From Proteromonas lacertae (taxonomy: Eukaryota): 64,000 nt of DNA. The notes beneath the pieces are model-generated. The model saw nothing but the letters and a program-made list of their open reading frames with translations, was not told the DNA's origin and ran no database searches. This document shows positions 1 to 11,406 of the stretch, piece after piece (position 1 is the first letter of the stretch; each line of letters starts with the position of its first letter). The position numbers were made by a program, and so were the translations under genes. The stretch is from assembly GCA_002245135.1 (NCBI GenBank), contig NGBS01001194.1:1-64000 (forward strand), given 5' to 3'.

Positions 1-106
1 AACCCTAACCCTAACCCTAACCCTAACCCTAACCCTAACCCTAACCCTAACCCTAACCCTAACCCTAACCCTAACCCTAACCCTAACCCTAACCCTAACC
101 CTAACC

Positions 107-147
<41 letters not shown>

Positions 148-281
148 CCCTAACCCTAACCCTAACCCTAACCCTAACCCTAACCCTAACCCTAACCCTA
201 ACCCTAACCCTAACCCTAACCCTAACCCTAACCCTAACCCTAACCCTAACCCTAACCCTAACCCTAACCCTAACCCTAACC

Positions 282-322
<41 letters not shown>

Positions 323-406
323 CCCTAACCCTAACCCTAACCCTAACCCTAACCCTAACCCCTAACCCTAACCCTAACCCCCTAACCCTAACCCTAACCC
401 TAACCC
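1..406. repeat. Telomeric repeat array (CCCTAA)n (TTAGGG type)
   Basis: Continuous CCCTAA hexamers from the window start to 406, with a few units carrying an extra A or C. Confidence 0.99.
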
Positions 407-419
407 GAATATTGAGAAA

Positions 420-1169
420 GTGAAAATGAGAAATATATGGACACATGGAAATTATATTGATTTAGGAGCTAATAATGGTGATTCATTGGTATGGTTTTAT
501 AATATTTACATGAATAATATAAAATACTCAATATTATATCCAAGAAAATTAGTTAATATATCCAAGAATTTTAAAACATATATTTTTGAAGCAAATCCAA
601 ACTTATGTGGTGAAATATATAAAGTTGTAGAATATATTAAAAATATAACCAAACTAATATATTTTTATATATACTGCCCTGTCATTGTTAGTATATATGA
701 AGGAAAAGATGTTATGACAATAGCTACGAATGATCTTGCTTCATCTAAATATTATAATAATAATTTCCAAAATAAATATAGGAAAAATTATACAATACCA
801 GTGATTAATATAACAAAATTCATTATCGAAAATATCCCATCAAAAGATTTTAATGTTATGAAAATTGATGTAGAAGGTGAAGAGCATTTCATTATGACTA
901 AATTAATGGAAAATAATATATTAACAAAATTTGATATAATATACTCAGAGTTTCATTTAGGCGATCTTAATAATCCTGTAAATGAAAAAGCATCTACTAA
1001 TTATCATAATTTTCTCTCTTATACATATAAGTATGGAATTGAAATATACGAAGAATTAAATATTACATCCAACCATATTAATCATTATTTAGACACTTAT
1101 AATGAATTATTTTCTTGTAGAAAGGGGTTTATTACTAATTTTAGAATAATACATGAGTTAATATTATGA
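420..1169 (+). CDS. FkbM-family SAM-dependent methyltransferase, probably 5'-truncated at the telomere
   Basis: Motifs YIDLGANNGD, FEANP, MKIDVEGEE and YSEFH. It lacks the N-terminal membrane anchor seen in neighbouring genes, and the frame stays open into the telomere. Confidence 0.8.
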   Translation: MKMRNIWTHGNYIDLGANNGDSLVWFYNIYMNNIKYSILYPRKLVNISKNFKTYIFEANPNLCGEIYKVVEYIKNITKLIYFYIYCPVIVSIYEGKDVMTIATNDLASSKYYNNNFQNKYRKNYTIPVINITKFIIENIPSKDFNVMKIDVEGEEHFIMTKLMENNILTKFDIIYSEFHLGDLNNPVNEKASTNYHNFLSYTYKYGIEIYEELNITSNHINHYLDTYNELFSCRKGFITNFRIIHELIL

Positions 1170-2126
1170 ATTTTTTAGAGTATACATTTTTACTAATTCT
1201 TCATTTCTATCATATTGGTGAACAATTAATGGTACAGTACCATCTTCATTATGTAAGCAGTTATTACTTCTATCTAATTTCATAATTTGTATCATATCAA
1301 TAATAACAGTTAAAACTACTCCATTTTGATTTTTATTAATATAAAACTTTATATCTTTGAAATATCCAGTATAATAAGCATAATTTAATGTGCCTTGTTC
1401 AGCAGTATCAACATAGTTATATGAAATAAATTGACAGTATTGTTTTAGAAAAGATAAAAAATGTTTATGAGTACCTAAAAAACACCCAGAGTTTAAAATC
1501 TTTTTGTTTATAATCTTTAAATAATCTCTATAGGGTTTAATCCACATTAAATTATTTATAATATCATCTTTTATAAAAATGTTATCTTTTGATTCCTCAA
1601 CTACATAGAAGCCGTCTTTAAAATTCCACTCGAATGGATTTCCTTGAAATACTACATCTCTTGTATCTAAACTAATTATATGACTATATTTCTTTCCATA
1701 TACTAGCAACCAACAAAATAATATAGAATATCTGTATATATTCCATTTAAAGTTATATTTTCTATTCTCAATCATACACGTCTTTAAGAATATTTTATTA
1801 ATTGGAAAATGTATATTCTGTGATGAATAGAATGGCCAATTGTTTTTAATTAATAATGGAGTAACATTATAATCATTGAATTGCTTCTTTAATTTCATTA
1901 AATCATCAACCAAAATAGGCATTAGCAAATCACCTTTATAATTATTCCTTCTTAATGAAACAACAAACAATTTCAGTTTTTCCCAACTATATCCACAAGC
2001 AAATCCATAAACTAATGTAAAATTTGAAGTGTTGTATCTATTTCTTCTAAAAATCGTTTCAGATGCATTTAAAATAAAATACAATATCGCAAATAATATA
2101 GATGATATAAAATACAAATTATTCAT
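1164..2126 (-). CDS. Type II membrane GT-A-like putative glycosyltransferase (paralog 1 of 4)
   Basis: N-terminal signal anchor (MNNLYFISSILFAILYFIL). Motifs DTRDVVFQGNPF, ILNSGCFLG, AEQGTLN and NEDGTVPLIVHQYDR. Start moved to the first ATG. Confidence 0.7.
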   Translation of the reverse strand: MNNLYFISSILFAILYFILNASETIFRRNRYNTSNFTLVYGFACGYSWEKLKLFVVSLRRNNYKGDLLMPILVDDLMKLKKQFNDYNVTPLLIKNNWPFYSSQNIHFPINKIFLKTCMIENRKYNFKWNIYRYSILFCWLLVYGKKYSHIISLDTRDVVFQGNPFEWNFKDGFYVVEESKDNIFIKDDIINNLMWIKPYRDYLKIINKKILNSGCFLGTHKHFLSFLKQYCQFISYNYVDTAEQGTLNYAYYTGYFKDIKFYINKNQNGVVLTVIIDMIQIMKLDRSNNCLHNEDGTVPLIVHQYDRNEELVKMYTLKNS

Positions 2127-2149
2127 TTTATTTGATATTACTATGTCAA

Positions 2150-3010
2150 ATGATAGTTTATTCGATTTCATTTATATTTTTTATCATTTTATTATTTGCA
2201 TATAAAAGTAGTTTTAGAAGTTCTATTAATCATATTAATTACAGATGGGATGGCAAAACAGTAATATGTAATGAATGTAATGAGGATATTGAATTAGCTG
2301 TTGTAAATAGAATAAAGCCACACTATGATATATATGTAAGGAAAAGAAATGACTTATTATCTAACGTAATTAAAAGAACAGGTGATTGGACTGACTGTAA
2401 GACTATTATGGATTTATGGTTTTCATTGCCAGGATTAGAAAAAGATGATTATTTCATGGATGCAGGAGCTAACATAGGAATATGTTCATTTGATATGTTA
2501 AATGTCGGTGTAAAGACTATAGCTATAGAACCAATACCTAATAATTTAAAATTAATGACAAAGACATTATTGCATAATTACATATGGATTGAAAATATAA
2601 CGCTATTTGCTGTTGGATTAAGTAATCTAGAACAAGTAAAGAATATAAATATTGAAAAAGGAAATTGGGGAGGTTCTTCACTTATAAATTTAAACCAAAA
2701 TTATCTAAAGAAAGAAATACATATAATGAAATTAGATACACTTTTACAAAATTTTAATAGAACAATTCATTTAGCTTCAGTTGATATTCAAGGATATGAA
2801 GTATATATGCTACAAGGATCTACGGAAATATTGAAAAGAAAACTAATTAGGCATTTTTATATGGAAATTTGGTGTGAGGCTTTAGAAAAATTAAATATGA
2901 CTGAAAATGATGTATATGATATATTCCAAAAAAATGGATATAGAATTAGAAAAAAAGAAAGATGTTCTCCTAAAATATCATTTGATATTGTTGCATCATT
3001 AATAGAATAA
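2150..3010 (+). CDS. Type II membrane FkbM-family methyltransferase
   Basis: Signal anchor MIVYSISFIFFIILLF. Motifs FMDAGANIG, IAIEPIP, GNWGGSS and VDIQGYE. Confidence 0.85.
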   Translation: MIVYSISFIFFIILLFAYKSSFRSSINHINYRWDGKTVICNECNEDIELAVVNRIKPHYDIYVRKRNDLLSNVIKRTGDWTDCKTIMDLWFSLPGLEKDDYFMDAGANIGICSFDMLNVGVKTIAIEPIPNNLKLMTKTLLHNYIWIENITLFAVGLSNLEQVKNINIEKGNWGGSSLINLNQNYLKKEIHIMKLDTLLQNFNRTIHLASVDIQGYEVYMLQGSTEILKRKLIRHFYMEIWCEALEKLNMTENDVYDIFQKNGYRIRKKERCSPKISFDIVASLIE

Positions 3011-3039
3011 TTATCAAGTTATAGTAAATGTATTTATAA

Positions 3040-4215
3040 ATGAAAATAATATTAAATTTTACATTTTTTTTAACTATTTTATTATTATTAATACTGCATT
3101 TTTGCTTTTTAAATCACTATATTTACTATTCAGTTACATTAATTGAGATGAAATTTTCATATACATTTAAAAATTATTCAAGTATCTTTGATAGTCACTA
3201 TATAATATATAGAGACATAAATAAAGAAAATATACAAATATCTAAAGATTATTTAATAGAAATAAATACACAGTATGATGATATATTATTTCTGATACCT
3301 TTATACAGAATATTAATAAAATCAAATTATGTATTGCTATGTAGTGATGAAATGAGTTACAATCTTAATATAGAATTCAAACACAACACTCATACTTATA
3401 TCCTCCATAAAAATTGTATATATTTTAATATTACATATTTAAAATATTTACATTTGCATAGTAATATTTTTAGAAATTGTAAATTTAAAACTGTGTATGA
3501 AAAACTTCAAAGTAATGAATTTATATTAACAAAAAACAGTATATGTGAATATAGCGCTTATTCTAATAGTTATACTGTAGTAACAACAGCTTATAAAAGA
3601 AATAATTTTGAATTACAAATGATAGATTTTATGAAACAGATTAATCCTCCTAACAATATTATACTAGTTCATGATAGAAATTATGTTAAAGTAGATCATA
3701 GCAAATATAATATTATTTACATTCATACTATAAACTTTGCTGCAGGATATTATTTTAGATATTTAATGTCATTGTTATCTCCTGATGAAGAAGTTATTAT
3801 TTATGATGATGATTTCTTTCCCAAAAATAGAGAATCTCATTCTAAATGGATAGAAAAAGTTAAAACATATGGTAGTAGTATAATTGGTAATCGTTTTGGT
3901 GTAGAGAATAATATAGCATGGTGTGCTACTCCATTAATTATGCACAGAAAATGGTTGTATTTAATATGGTATAATAGAATTTATGAGCCAAGAACAAATG
4001 AAGATGGTCATATGTCATTTTCATTGTTACTATTATGCAACATAAAGTGTATTTATAACCCAATGAATGGATTAAAAAGTAAAGAAGACAATTTATCTTC
4101 TTCAGGAATTTATAATATCACTAGAAATGATTGGAAAAACTATACATCTTACATAAATAGTTTATTAAATTCTAAATACATATACAATATAAAAGAAAAA
4201 TATTCAATATTTTAA
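3040..4215 (+). CDS. Type II membrane GT-A glycosyltransferase (GT2/GT64-like C-terminal domain)
   Basis: Signal anchor. Motifs TVVTTAYKR, YYFRY, IIYDDDFFP (DxD) and EDGHMSF. Confidence 0.65.
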   Translation: MKIILNFTFFLTILLLLILHFCFLNHYIYYSVTLIEMKFSYTFKNYSSIFDSHYIIYRDINKENIQISKDYLIEINTQYDDILFLIPLYRILIKSNYVLLCSDEMSYNLNIEFKHNTHTYILHKNCIYFNITYLKYLHLHSNIFRNCKFKTVYEKLQSNEFILTKNSICEYSAYSNSYTVVTTAYKRNNFELQMIDFMKQINPPNNIILVHDRNYVKVDHSKYNIIYIHTINFAAGYYFRYLMSLLSPDEEVIIYDDDFFPKNRESHSKWIEKVKTYGSSIIGNRFGVENNIAWCATPLIMHRKWLYLIWYNRIYEPRTNEDGHMSFSLLLLCNIKCIYNPMNGLKSKEDNLSSSGIYNITRNDWKNYTSYINSLLNSKYIYNIKEKYSIF

Positions 4216-4232
4216 AAGACAATTTATAATGT

Positions 4233-5245
4233 TTAATAAAAATATAAAAATTGTACAATATGTTCTTTACAACCTTTTCCAATAGTCTTCACGCAATCAT
4301 TGTTCTTTTCATAATCTATACATTTTCCACTTTTGTATAAACTTACTATTCCGTATGAACTTTGATTTGTAAGTAGGAAATAATCTCCTCTTGATAATAT
4401 TTCCAACTCAATAGCAGCAACAACATCATCTGTTTCTTTTCTTTTTACTTTTTGTGTTGTATATACAAACCCGTTATGATTAGAATCATCAATTATTTTT
4501 CTCTTTATCGATGTACAATCAGATGCAATAAACCATTTATTAATTCTATATTTTTGAGATAATTTCTTTGAATTATTAATAAAAAAGTATATATCATTAT
4601 CATTTAAAAAGTTTCTATAATCTTTAAAATCACATGATCCTTTTCGAATCTGTAATGATATAAAGCTATTTGTATTATACAAAAAGTAGTCTACTCTTTG
4701 TATAAGTTCTTTTCTTAATTTTATTAATTTAAACACTTCAAAATATGATTCTAATATTTGTTTTCTTTTTTCTATTTTTGTTGCACTTTTTATTAACCTA
4801 TTTCTTTTTAATTTTATATAAACTCCTTCTATTTCGACTATATACTTCATTAATTCGCACCACATATTGTTAAACTGAATTATGTATTCTGTTCTACTAA
4901 TAAGATTATCTAATCGTTTATAATTTCTATATTCACATACTTCATTATTTCTTTTAAAATCATATTTTCTATCAGTTGAAGTTAAATTAAAATACCCTTC
5001 AATTTCATATAATTCATAGAAATTATCCCATCCTATAACTTATATTATTACTCATTAAATATACAATGTGGATTTCTATCATTTATTAAAGACAAAATCA
5101 ATAAATTAGCTACAGCCATTAATCTATTTCCTAAACCTGAAGAAACACTTTCGTAGTAATGTCCAAATAGATTATTATTAAAGTATCTACTTTTTGTTGT
5201 ATATTTTAAATAAATTACAGTTAAAATAATAAATATAAATAACAT
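4233..5245 (-). CDS. Fucosyltransferase-like GT-B protein (GT11/GT23/GT37-type motifs), 2 exons
   Basis: Signal anchor. Motifs SSGLGNRL, SLQIRKG, WFIASD and LTNQSSYG. A 26-nt GT-AG intron at 5039-5064 joins the two track ORFs in frame. An alternative ATG at 5266 overlaps the upstream gene's stop. Confidence 0.75.
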
Positions 5246-5259
5246 AAATAGAGTAAAAA

Positions 5260-6240
5260 TTAACATCCTCTATGGCAATACTTAACTGATTTAGGGACAG
5301 AAATTTTGGTATAGTTATATGCAAATAACGACAAACTTATATATCTAAGTGGAGCATCACCCCACCTATAGATAAACTGTCCATAACTTAAATCAACCAA
5401 ATTAACAAATTGAAAAATTTCTACACTTCTAAAGAAACTCATTTTACAAATCTCTAAATTATTATAATATAATAAAACACTTTGATTAAATGTATTTTTG
5501 TAATTAATTTCATCCTTAATGTCTATTTTTAATAATTTAACATATGATAATGTGAATTCTTTTAATCCTACAACAACATAATCATCATCATTCATTATTC
5601 TATTATGCATATAAATCATATCACCTTTCATATAACTAAACAAATTCAATTTTGTTCTTATAATAGACTCAGAATCTAATCTCATGTAATATTCAACATC
5701 ACATAACGAAGGATGTAGAAAAACATCTCGAAAAAAAAACCTACACATGTGCTGATAATTCCATTTTCCTCTTTGGCGAAAATTTGGTGTATAAGCAGAT
5801 TCATTAAACTTATATGGAAATTTTGAGAAAGTATCTGATATATCAATAACAGTGTATTTTACACCTCTATACACCTCATTTGAATTCTTCTTTTCTGTAT
5901 TATAGAAAATCAATTTGTCATGATAATTTTGAATTAGAAAATCATAATTTTTGTTAATAAATTGTATTATTTCTTCATAAAATAACAATACAATAATAGC
6001 TTTTTTGTTTCCTTTACATTCCTTGATTATGTCATATTCATTATTTATAAACAATAGTCTATGATTATATAGTACAACTGAGTCTTTAAACATTTGTGAT
6101 ATTGTACTATTATCATCAAGAACTATTTTAGAAAATGTGTAATTATAATTATTATTTCTTTTGATAAATCTAAAACAAATAATATTTAATAATAGACAGA
6201 ATATTATACTATAATATTTCAATAAATTTAAATTATGCAT
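5260..6240 (-). CDS. GT15 (KRE2/MNT1-like) alpha-1,2-mannosyltransferase
   Basis: Motifs YQHMCRFF, YYMRLDS, YYNNLEI and YRWGDAP, plus an N-terminal anchor. Confidence 0.88.
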   Translation of the reverse strand: MHNLNLLKYYSIIFCLLLNIICFRFIKRNNNYNYTFSKIVLDDNSTISQMFKDSVVLYNHRLLFINNEYDIIKECKGNKKAIIVLLFYEEIIQFINKNYDFLIQNYHDKLIFYNTEKKNSNEVYRGVKYTVIDISDTFSKFPYKFNESAYTPNFRQRGKWNYQHMCRFFFRDVFLHPSLCDVEYYMRLDSESIIRTKLNLFSYMKGDMIYMHNRIMNDDDYVVVGLKEFTLSYVKLLKIDIKDEINYKNTFNQSVLLYYNNLEICKMSFFRSVEIFQFVNLVDLSYGQFIYRWGDAPLRYISLSLFAYNYTKISVPKSVKYCHRGC

Positions 6241-6470
6241 TTATATTTTTATTAACATCTTAATTTCTGTTTCTTTTATATTCTTTAATCATCTAAATTT
6301 ACATATATAACAGATATCTCGCTAATTAGAGACTAAATAATTCATTATTTTATGAGAAATGAGTATTATTTTCGACCAATTTAAGAAATAAAAATGAAAA
6401 TATAGATAATATTATTAAATGGAATCAAAATTGTTTTTCAAGCATAAAACAACAAATATAACAAAATTAT

Positions 6471-7604
6471 TTATACATTTTTATTTACATGTTTAAATAT
6501 AAAAGCTTTATACTTACTTTTTCTTGATTCTGTCCCATATTTTAATCCCACATCATATTGATGAACTATTGCAGGTATTGTCCCATCTTCATTAACAATA
6601 GTTAGATTTTCATTTGGTTCAAATCCTTCTTTATTATTACCTAAATCTAACCCTATAACTCTTGCATATCCATGTTCTGCTTCAAATATATAAACAGGAA
6701 AATCAAACTCATTCTTATTATAAATGTACCAATTTAAAATACCTTGATCACATGTATCTACTCTTATTTTATTCTTTAAATGCATATTATACATCAACTC
6801 TGTATATTCTTTTAAAAAATCTCTCATTTCTTCACTTGAACCGAATATTTGCCCAGCATTTATGAATGTATTATTTAAAAGATGTTTTGGTGGATTTAAA
6901 TTATAAAACCAATTATAATTACACCTGCTACATTTTTTTGATTCATAATATTTACAATGTTGAGTTTCATGAGTTAAATATATACCTTTATTATAACTCC
7001 ATTCAAATGGATTATTTTGAAATAACACATCTCTAAAGTCACTTGTTAGAATAAAATTATATTTTGATGAGTATTTTGTTAACCATACATACATTAGAAA
7101 AAATCTTACATTTGCAAAAAAGAATACATCCTGTGGTATAACTGACATTTTCTTTAAAATTTCTTCAGATATTGGATATTCTTTATTATCAGGCTTATAA
7201 TATGGATATATTTTTGAAAATATGATTGGTTGTATGTTATACTTTTCAAACATTTTCATATATATGTAAAAACTACTATCTAATGTAAAACATATAATAT
7301 CTGCTTTATATCCTGTGTCTCTTAATGAAATAAAAAATGGTTCAACGATTGAATAATTATAAATAGCTAAAAGACCTATTACAACATATTTTCTATTTAC
7401 TTTATCATCATTTACAAAGCTTGTATATTGAGGATTAATTATAATTTTGTATTTGTGATTAAACAGGTTACTTTGTATTACTTTTTGTTCCTTTATTCCA
7501 TTTACTCTTCTTAATGTTGAACTGCTATAATTTAAGATTCTATATTCATCAAATGATATAAATATTAGGAAAATAAATAAAATATAGTAATATTTAAATC
7601 TCAT
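6471..7604 (-). CDS. Type II membrane GT-A-like putative glycosyltransferase (paralog 2)
   Basis: Motifs SDFRDVLFQNNPF, INAGQIFG, CDQGILN and NEDGTIPAIVHQYD. Confidence 0.7.
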   Translation of the reverse strand: MRFKYYYILFIFLIFISFDEYRILNYSSSTLRRVNGIKEQKVIQSNLFNHKYKIIINPQYTSFVNDDKVNRKYVVIGLLAIYNYSIVEPFFISLRDTGYKADIICFTLDSSFYIYMKMFEKYNIQPIIFSKIYPYYKPDNKEYPISEEILKKMSVIPQDVFFFANVRFFLMYVWLTKYSSKYNFILTSDFRDVLFQNNPFEWSYNKGIYLTHETQHCKYYESKKCSRCNYNWFYNLNPPKHLLNNTFINAGQIFGSSEEMRDFLKEYTELMYNMHLKNKIRVDTCDQGILNWYIYNKNEFDFPVYIFEAEHGYARVIGLDLGNNKEGFEPNENLTIVNEDGTIPAIVHQYDVGLKYGTESRKSKYKAFIFKHVNKNV

Positions 7605-7631
7605 AAATAATTTAGATATTGAAAATTTATA

Positions 7632-9506
7632 TCACATAATAGCATATTCACATTTAAATGTATTATTACAATTTAAATTATTCATCCTCCTTTGTTTTTC
7701 AAAATGAATATAGTTGAGCAATTTTTTTGATAAAGTTTGAGTAAAATAGAATGTCATATGATTGTTATCCATATAAATAGGTATTGAATCCCATATATAG
7801 TAACATTTAAATGATTTTAAACATATATAAGGCAACATATCAATATAATGAACTTTTTCATTAGAATGAATTGGAAACTTTAGACGAGTTGCATTCATTC
7901 CCATCAAAGAATAGCAATTATCATAATTTGATGTTGATAATAGGCATATGTTTGGATCTTCCTTAAAATGAGGAGAATCATGTATAACATAAATTTCATT
8001 ACAATGATTTAACAATATATCAATGTATAATATATAATTTGCTGCAAATACAGTATTATTACTTACGTCACTCAAATAATGAGCACTTACAATGTAATTT
8101 ACTTTTGGAATTAACTTAAATAATTTATGTAAATTTCTATAATTCTTTGTCAAAATAGTATCTTGCCAAAAATATAAGTAGAGTATTACATAATTCATTT
8201 CTCTTGCATATGGTACTATAGAGTTAAACCATTGTTCACCATGTGAATCAGTCAATAATAAAACAATAGGATAGTTGTTAATCATATTTATATGTTTTTT
8301 AGATTTTAATGGACAAAGACATTGACTATTAAGAAAATCTCTCCACATTTGTTTAACTCTATCGGGTGAATAAATCATATGCTTCGATTTTACATGGCAA
8401 TATTCAAGACAATTATTAACGACTATTTTTTTATCAGATAAATTATTATACTTGTTATTTAAGTACTTACTATTATTGACATAAAGTATTATGCATATCA
8501 TTAGTATAGAAGTAAATGATAGAATATAAAAACACACAATTTTTTTATTGGTTTTCATTTTTCTTATCGGTGTCTCATAGAATCTATATATCAAAAATGA
8601 TATTATTGAAGTAAATAATAACAATATACTAAAATACAATATGTTTTTCTCTTCTTTACCATAGGAATATAAAATTATATAATGAAATAGGTAAAAACTG
8701 TATGATATATTTCCTAAATTAATTAACATTACGGATTTAAGAATTAATGAATTATTCTCATTAGATAATATTAAATATGCAATTGCTAGAGGAAATAAGC
8801 TTAAAGGAGAAGGGAATAACATTTCATTTCTTACAATAAAACCAAAAAGAATAATAAGCATAATTAGTATATCACTATTAAACAAAAGTCCACATGTTTT
8901 ATTTATACTTGTTGATAATACACCAAATAATAGTTGCCATATTCTTGATAAAATAGAAAAATAAGATATAGAATGATGTATTATGTTTATATACAACGAA
9001 TAAATAAAGCTAATAGTTATTAATAATATCAATATGGTTGTCTTTTTGTACAATACTAGAATACAGAATGGGAAAAACAAGTAAAATTGATCTTCAACTG
9101 CTAAAGACCAAAAATGAAGAACAATAGATGATGCTTCGCTTTGTGATAAATAATCAACTGATAAATAAATAAATCTATAATTAGATAATGATAATAAAGA
9201 ATATAAAATATCTAATAGTTGTTTCTTTTGATATAATAAGTTCATCTTTTTAGTGATTAAAATAGAAATCAATAATGATAAATGAGAAACTGGAAAAAGT
9301 CTTTTTACTCTATTTTTATAAAATATATTCACTGATTTGTCACATTTTGACAAATATGATAAAATATTTACAAATCCTGATATAAAGAAAAAAATATCTA
9401 CTCCAATAAATCCTGAAGGTAAAACATTTTTATTATAATGATAAAGAAATACAAATAATAGTGATAAACCTCTTAAAGATTGAATGTCCTTTCTAATTTC
9501 ACCCAT
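7632..9506 (-). CDS. Acyltransferase-3 plus SGNH O-acetyltransferase (OafA/OatA/YrhL-like)
   Basis: Motifs RKDIQSLRG, GFIGVDIFFFISGF, HFWSLAVEDQFY, LGNISYSFYLFHY and YETPIR. SGNH motifs TDSH and DNNH. Confidence 0.9.
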   Translation of the reverse strand: MGEIRKDIQSLRGLSLLFVFLYHYNKNVLPSGFIGVDIFFFISGFVNILSYLSKCDKSVNIFYKNRVKRLFPVSHLSLLISILITKKMNLLYQKKQLLDILYSLLSLSNYRFIYLSVDYLSQSEASSIVLHFWSLAVEDQFYLFFPFCILVLYKKTTILILLITISFIYSLYINIIHHSISYFSILSRIWQLLFGVLSTSINKTCGLLFNSDILIMLIILFGFIVRNEMLFPSPLSLFPLAIAYLILSNENNSLILKSVMLINLGNISYSFYLFHYIILYSYGKEEKNILYFSILLLFTSIISFLIYRFYETPIRKMKTNKKIVCFYILSFTSILMICIILYVNNSKYLNNKYNNLSDKKIVVNNCLEYCHVKSKHMIYSPDRVKQMWRDFLNSQCLCPLKSKKHINMINNYPIVLLLTDSHGEQWFNSIVPYAREMNYVILYLYFWQDTILTKNYRNLHKLFKLIPKVNYIVSAHYLSDVSNNTVFAANYILYIDILLNHCNEIYVIHDSPHFKEDPNICLLSTSNYDNCYSLMGMNATRLKFPIHSNEKVHYIDMLPYICLKSFKCYYIWDSIPIYMDNNHMTFYFTQTLSKKLLNYIHFEKQRRMNNLNCNNTFKCEYAIM

Positions 9507-9540
9507 AAATGTAAATAATTGGATAAAAATAAATGTTCTA

Positions 9541-11379
9541 TTAAGTAATATTATTAGATAATGATTTTAAGAATTTATTAATTAATTTATCATCTGTAAT
9601 AACGCATAGTGATAATTTTTCTGATACACTATTGTTATTTTGTATATTAAATATATGCATTTGTTCATATACATTGTACTTCAGTTTATTCACCATACAG
9701 TCTGTCAAATGATTAGTATCAGAATATATTTCAATACCATCATTATACAATGAACATACATTGTCACTACAAAAATGTGATGTTAAATTAATATAAATTA
9801 CGTTCTTTGCATTAATTTTAGGCTGTAAATCTAAAGTGCAATTTATATTTACAATACTATATAAATTATTTTTATTTTTGTTTGCTGAATAATATATTTG
9901 AGGATTAAAATTTAATGATGGATTATCCACAAATATGATTAGCTTTTTAACTAAGCTGGATAAGTAATAATTTAATAGTTTATAGTTTTTTAAATAAATG
10001 ATTTTCTTATTTTCCGGATTTTTGTGTTCAGGATTACACCAAAAATTTTCAAATACAAATAATGGATTTCCAATTGCATCTATTAATCTATTGGTTAACA
10101 AATATTTATCATTTAAGAAATAATTTATCCAAAACGCAAAGAATACAATTTTCAAACCTGTACCTTTATATATTGGATAAAGTATAACATTCCATTGTCT
10201 TAAATGAGAATCACCAAGTAACAGAATATATTTATTATTCAACTCTTTTTTCTTATATTTTCTATTATAAAATAAACATTCTGAAAGTATATGTTCATCT
10301 TGAAGGTACATTGCTTTACAGTTTGTAATAGTACTTTTTCTCTTTTTAAATTTATTATATGATTGAAATTGTAAATATGTAATTAATGCTATTGCAAACA
10401 TACTGATAGTAAATGTAATACTATATGACACATTTAACTTTACAAAATTATTCTCTACAGTATAATAACATAAACTACTATATATTAACGCTGTAATAAG
10501 ATTAACATTTGAATAAATTGTTAATAATGGGTAATGAATAATGTAAAAAGAGTAAGATAATGATCCAAAAAATTGGAATAATTTAATTGCAAATATAGAT
10601 TTATTGCTATGTTCTTGAATAAGGATTAAAAAAGAGGTTGTTAAAGGCATTATCATTTTAAAATTCGGATATTCACCAAATGAGCACATATAGCAGCTGA
10701 ATGTCCACATAATAACTATTATAAAATCATATAGTAAATGATTTGTAATTACATTATCATAATGAATTATATTTAAATACGATCCAAAAATTAATTCACA
10801 TAATCTTACTTCAAATGAATAATATGAATATCTTACATCTCTATAACATATAAATAATGATAATGAGAAAGAAATGATAAACAATAATAATATACCATAC
10901 TTCACATATTTATTATATAATAATCTTATAAGAATCGGCCATAATAAATAAAACTGATTTTCAATAGATAAAGACCAAAAATGCAATAATGGTGTTGAAC
11001 TGAGTGAAGTAGATTGTTCTAAATAATTAACTGAAACAAAATAATAGTAATAATTTGCATAAGAATATAAACATGATAATATTTCTTTTGATCTTTTATA
11101 AGATATATATGGATTTGATAAAGATGTTATATATATATAAATTAAAACTAAATTTGACATTGGCTGTAATCTTAGTATCCTATCCTTATAAAATAATAAA
11201 AAATATTTTTCTTTCTTCATTCTCCTTATTAAACTTCCTGTAATAAAATATCCTGACAAAGTGAAGAAAATATCAACACCTATAAATCCTCCCTTAAAAT
11301 ACTTATTCTTTTGATGAAAATAAAAAACAAAAATCATTGCAAAAAATCGAACAGATTGTAAATCATTTCTATAATTCAT
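9541..11379 (-). CDS. Acyltransferase-3 plus SGNH O-acetyltransferase (OafA/OatA/YrhL-like), tandem paralog
   Basis: Motifs YRNDLQSVR, GGFIGVDIFFTLSGY and HFWSLSIENQFY. SGNH motifs GDSH and DTNH. Confidence 0.9.
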   Translation of the reverse strand: MNYRNDLQSVRFFAMIFVFYFHQKNKYFKGGFIGVDIFFTLSGYFITGSLIRRMKKEKYFLLFYKDRILRLQPMSNLVLIYIYITSLSNPYISYKRSKEILSCLYSYANYYYYFVSVNYLEQSTSLSSTPLLHFWSLSIENQFYLLWPILIRLLYNKYVKYGILLLFIISFSLSLFICYRDVRYSYYSFEVRLCELIFGSYLNIIHYDNVITNHLLYDFIIVIMWTFSCYMCSFGEYPNFKMIMPLTTSFLILIQEHSNKSIFAIKLFQFFGSLSYSFYIIHYPLLTIYSNVNLITALIYSSLCYYTVENNFVKLNVSYSITFTISMFAIALITYLQFQSYNKFKKRKSTITNCKAMYLQDEHILSECLFYNRKYKKKELNNKYILLLGDSHLRQWNVILYPIYKGTGLKIVFFAFWINYFLNDKYLLTNRLIDAIGNPLFVFENFWCNPEHKNPENKKIIYLKNYKLLNYYLSSLVKKLIIFVDNPSLNFNPQIYYSANKNKNNLYSIVNINCTLDLQPKINAKNVIYINLTSHFCSDNVCSLYNDGIEIYSDTNHLTDCMVNKLKYNVYEQMHIFNIQNNNSVSEKLSLCVITDDKLINKFLKSLSNNIT

Positions 11380-11406
11380 GATTTTATTGTATATAATAAT
11401 TATAAA

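Noticed and set aside
120..385. Variant telomere units (CCCTAAA, CCCCTAA, CCCCCTAA)
   Set aside because: Sporadic homopolymer extensions without periodicity, most likely read error.
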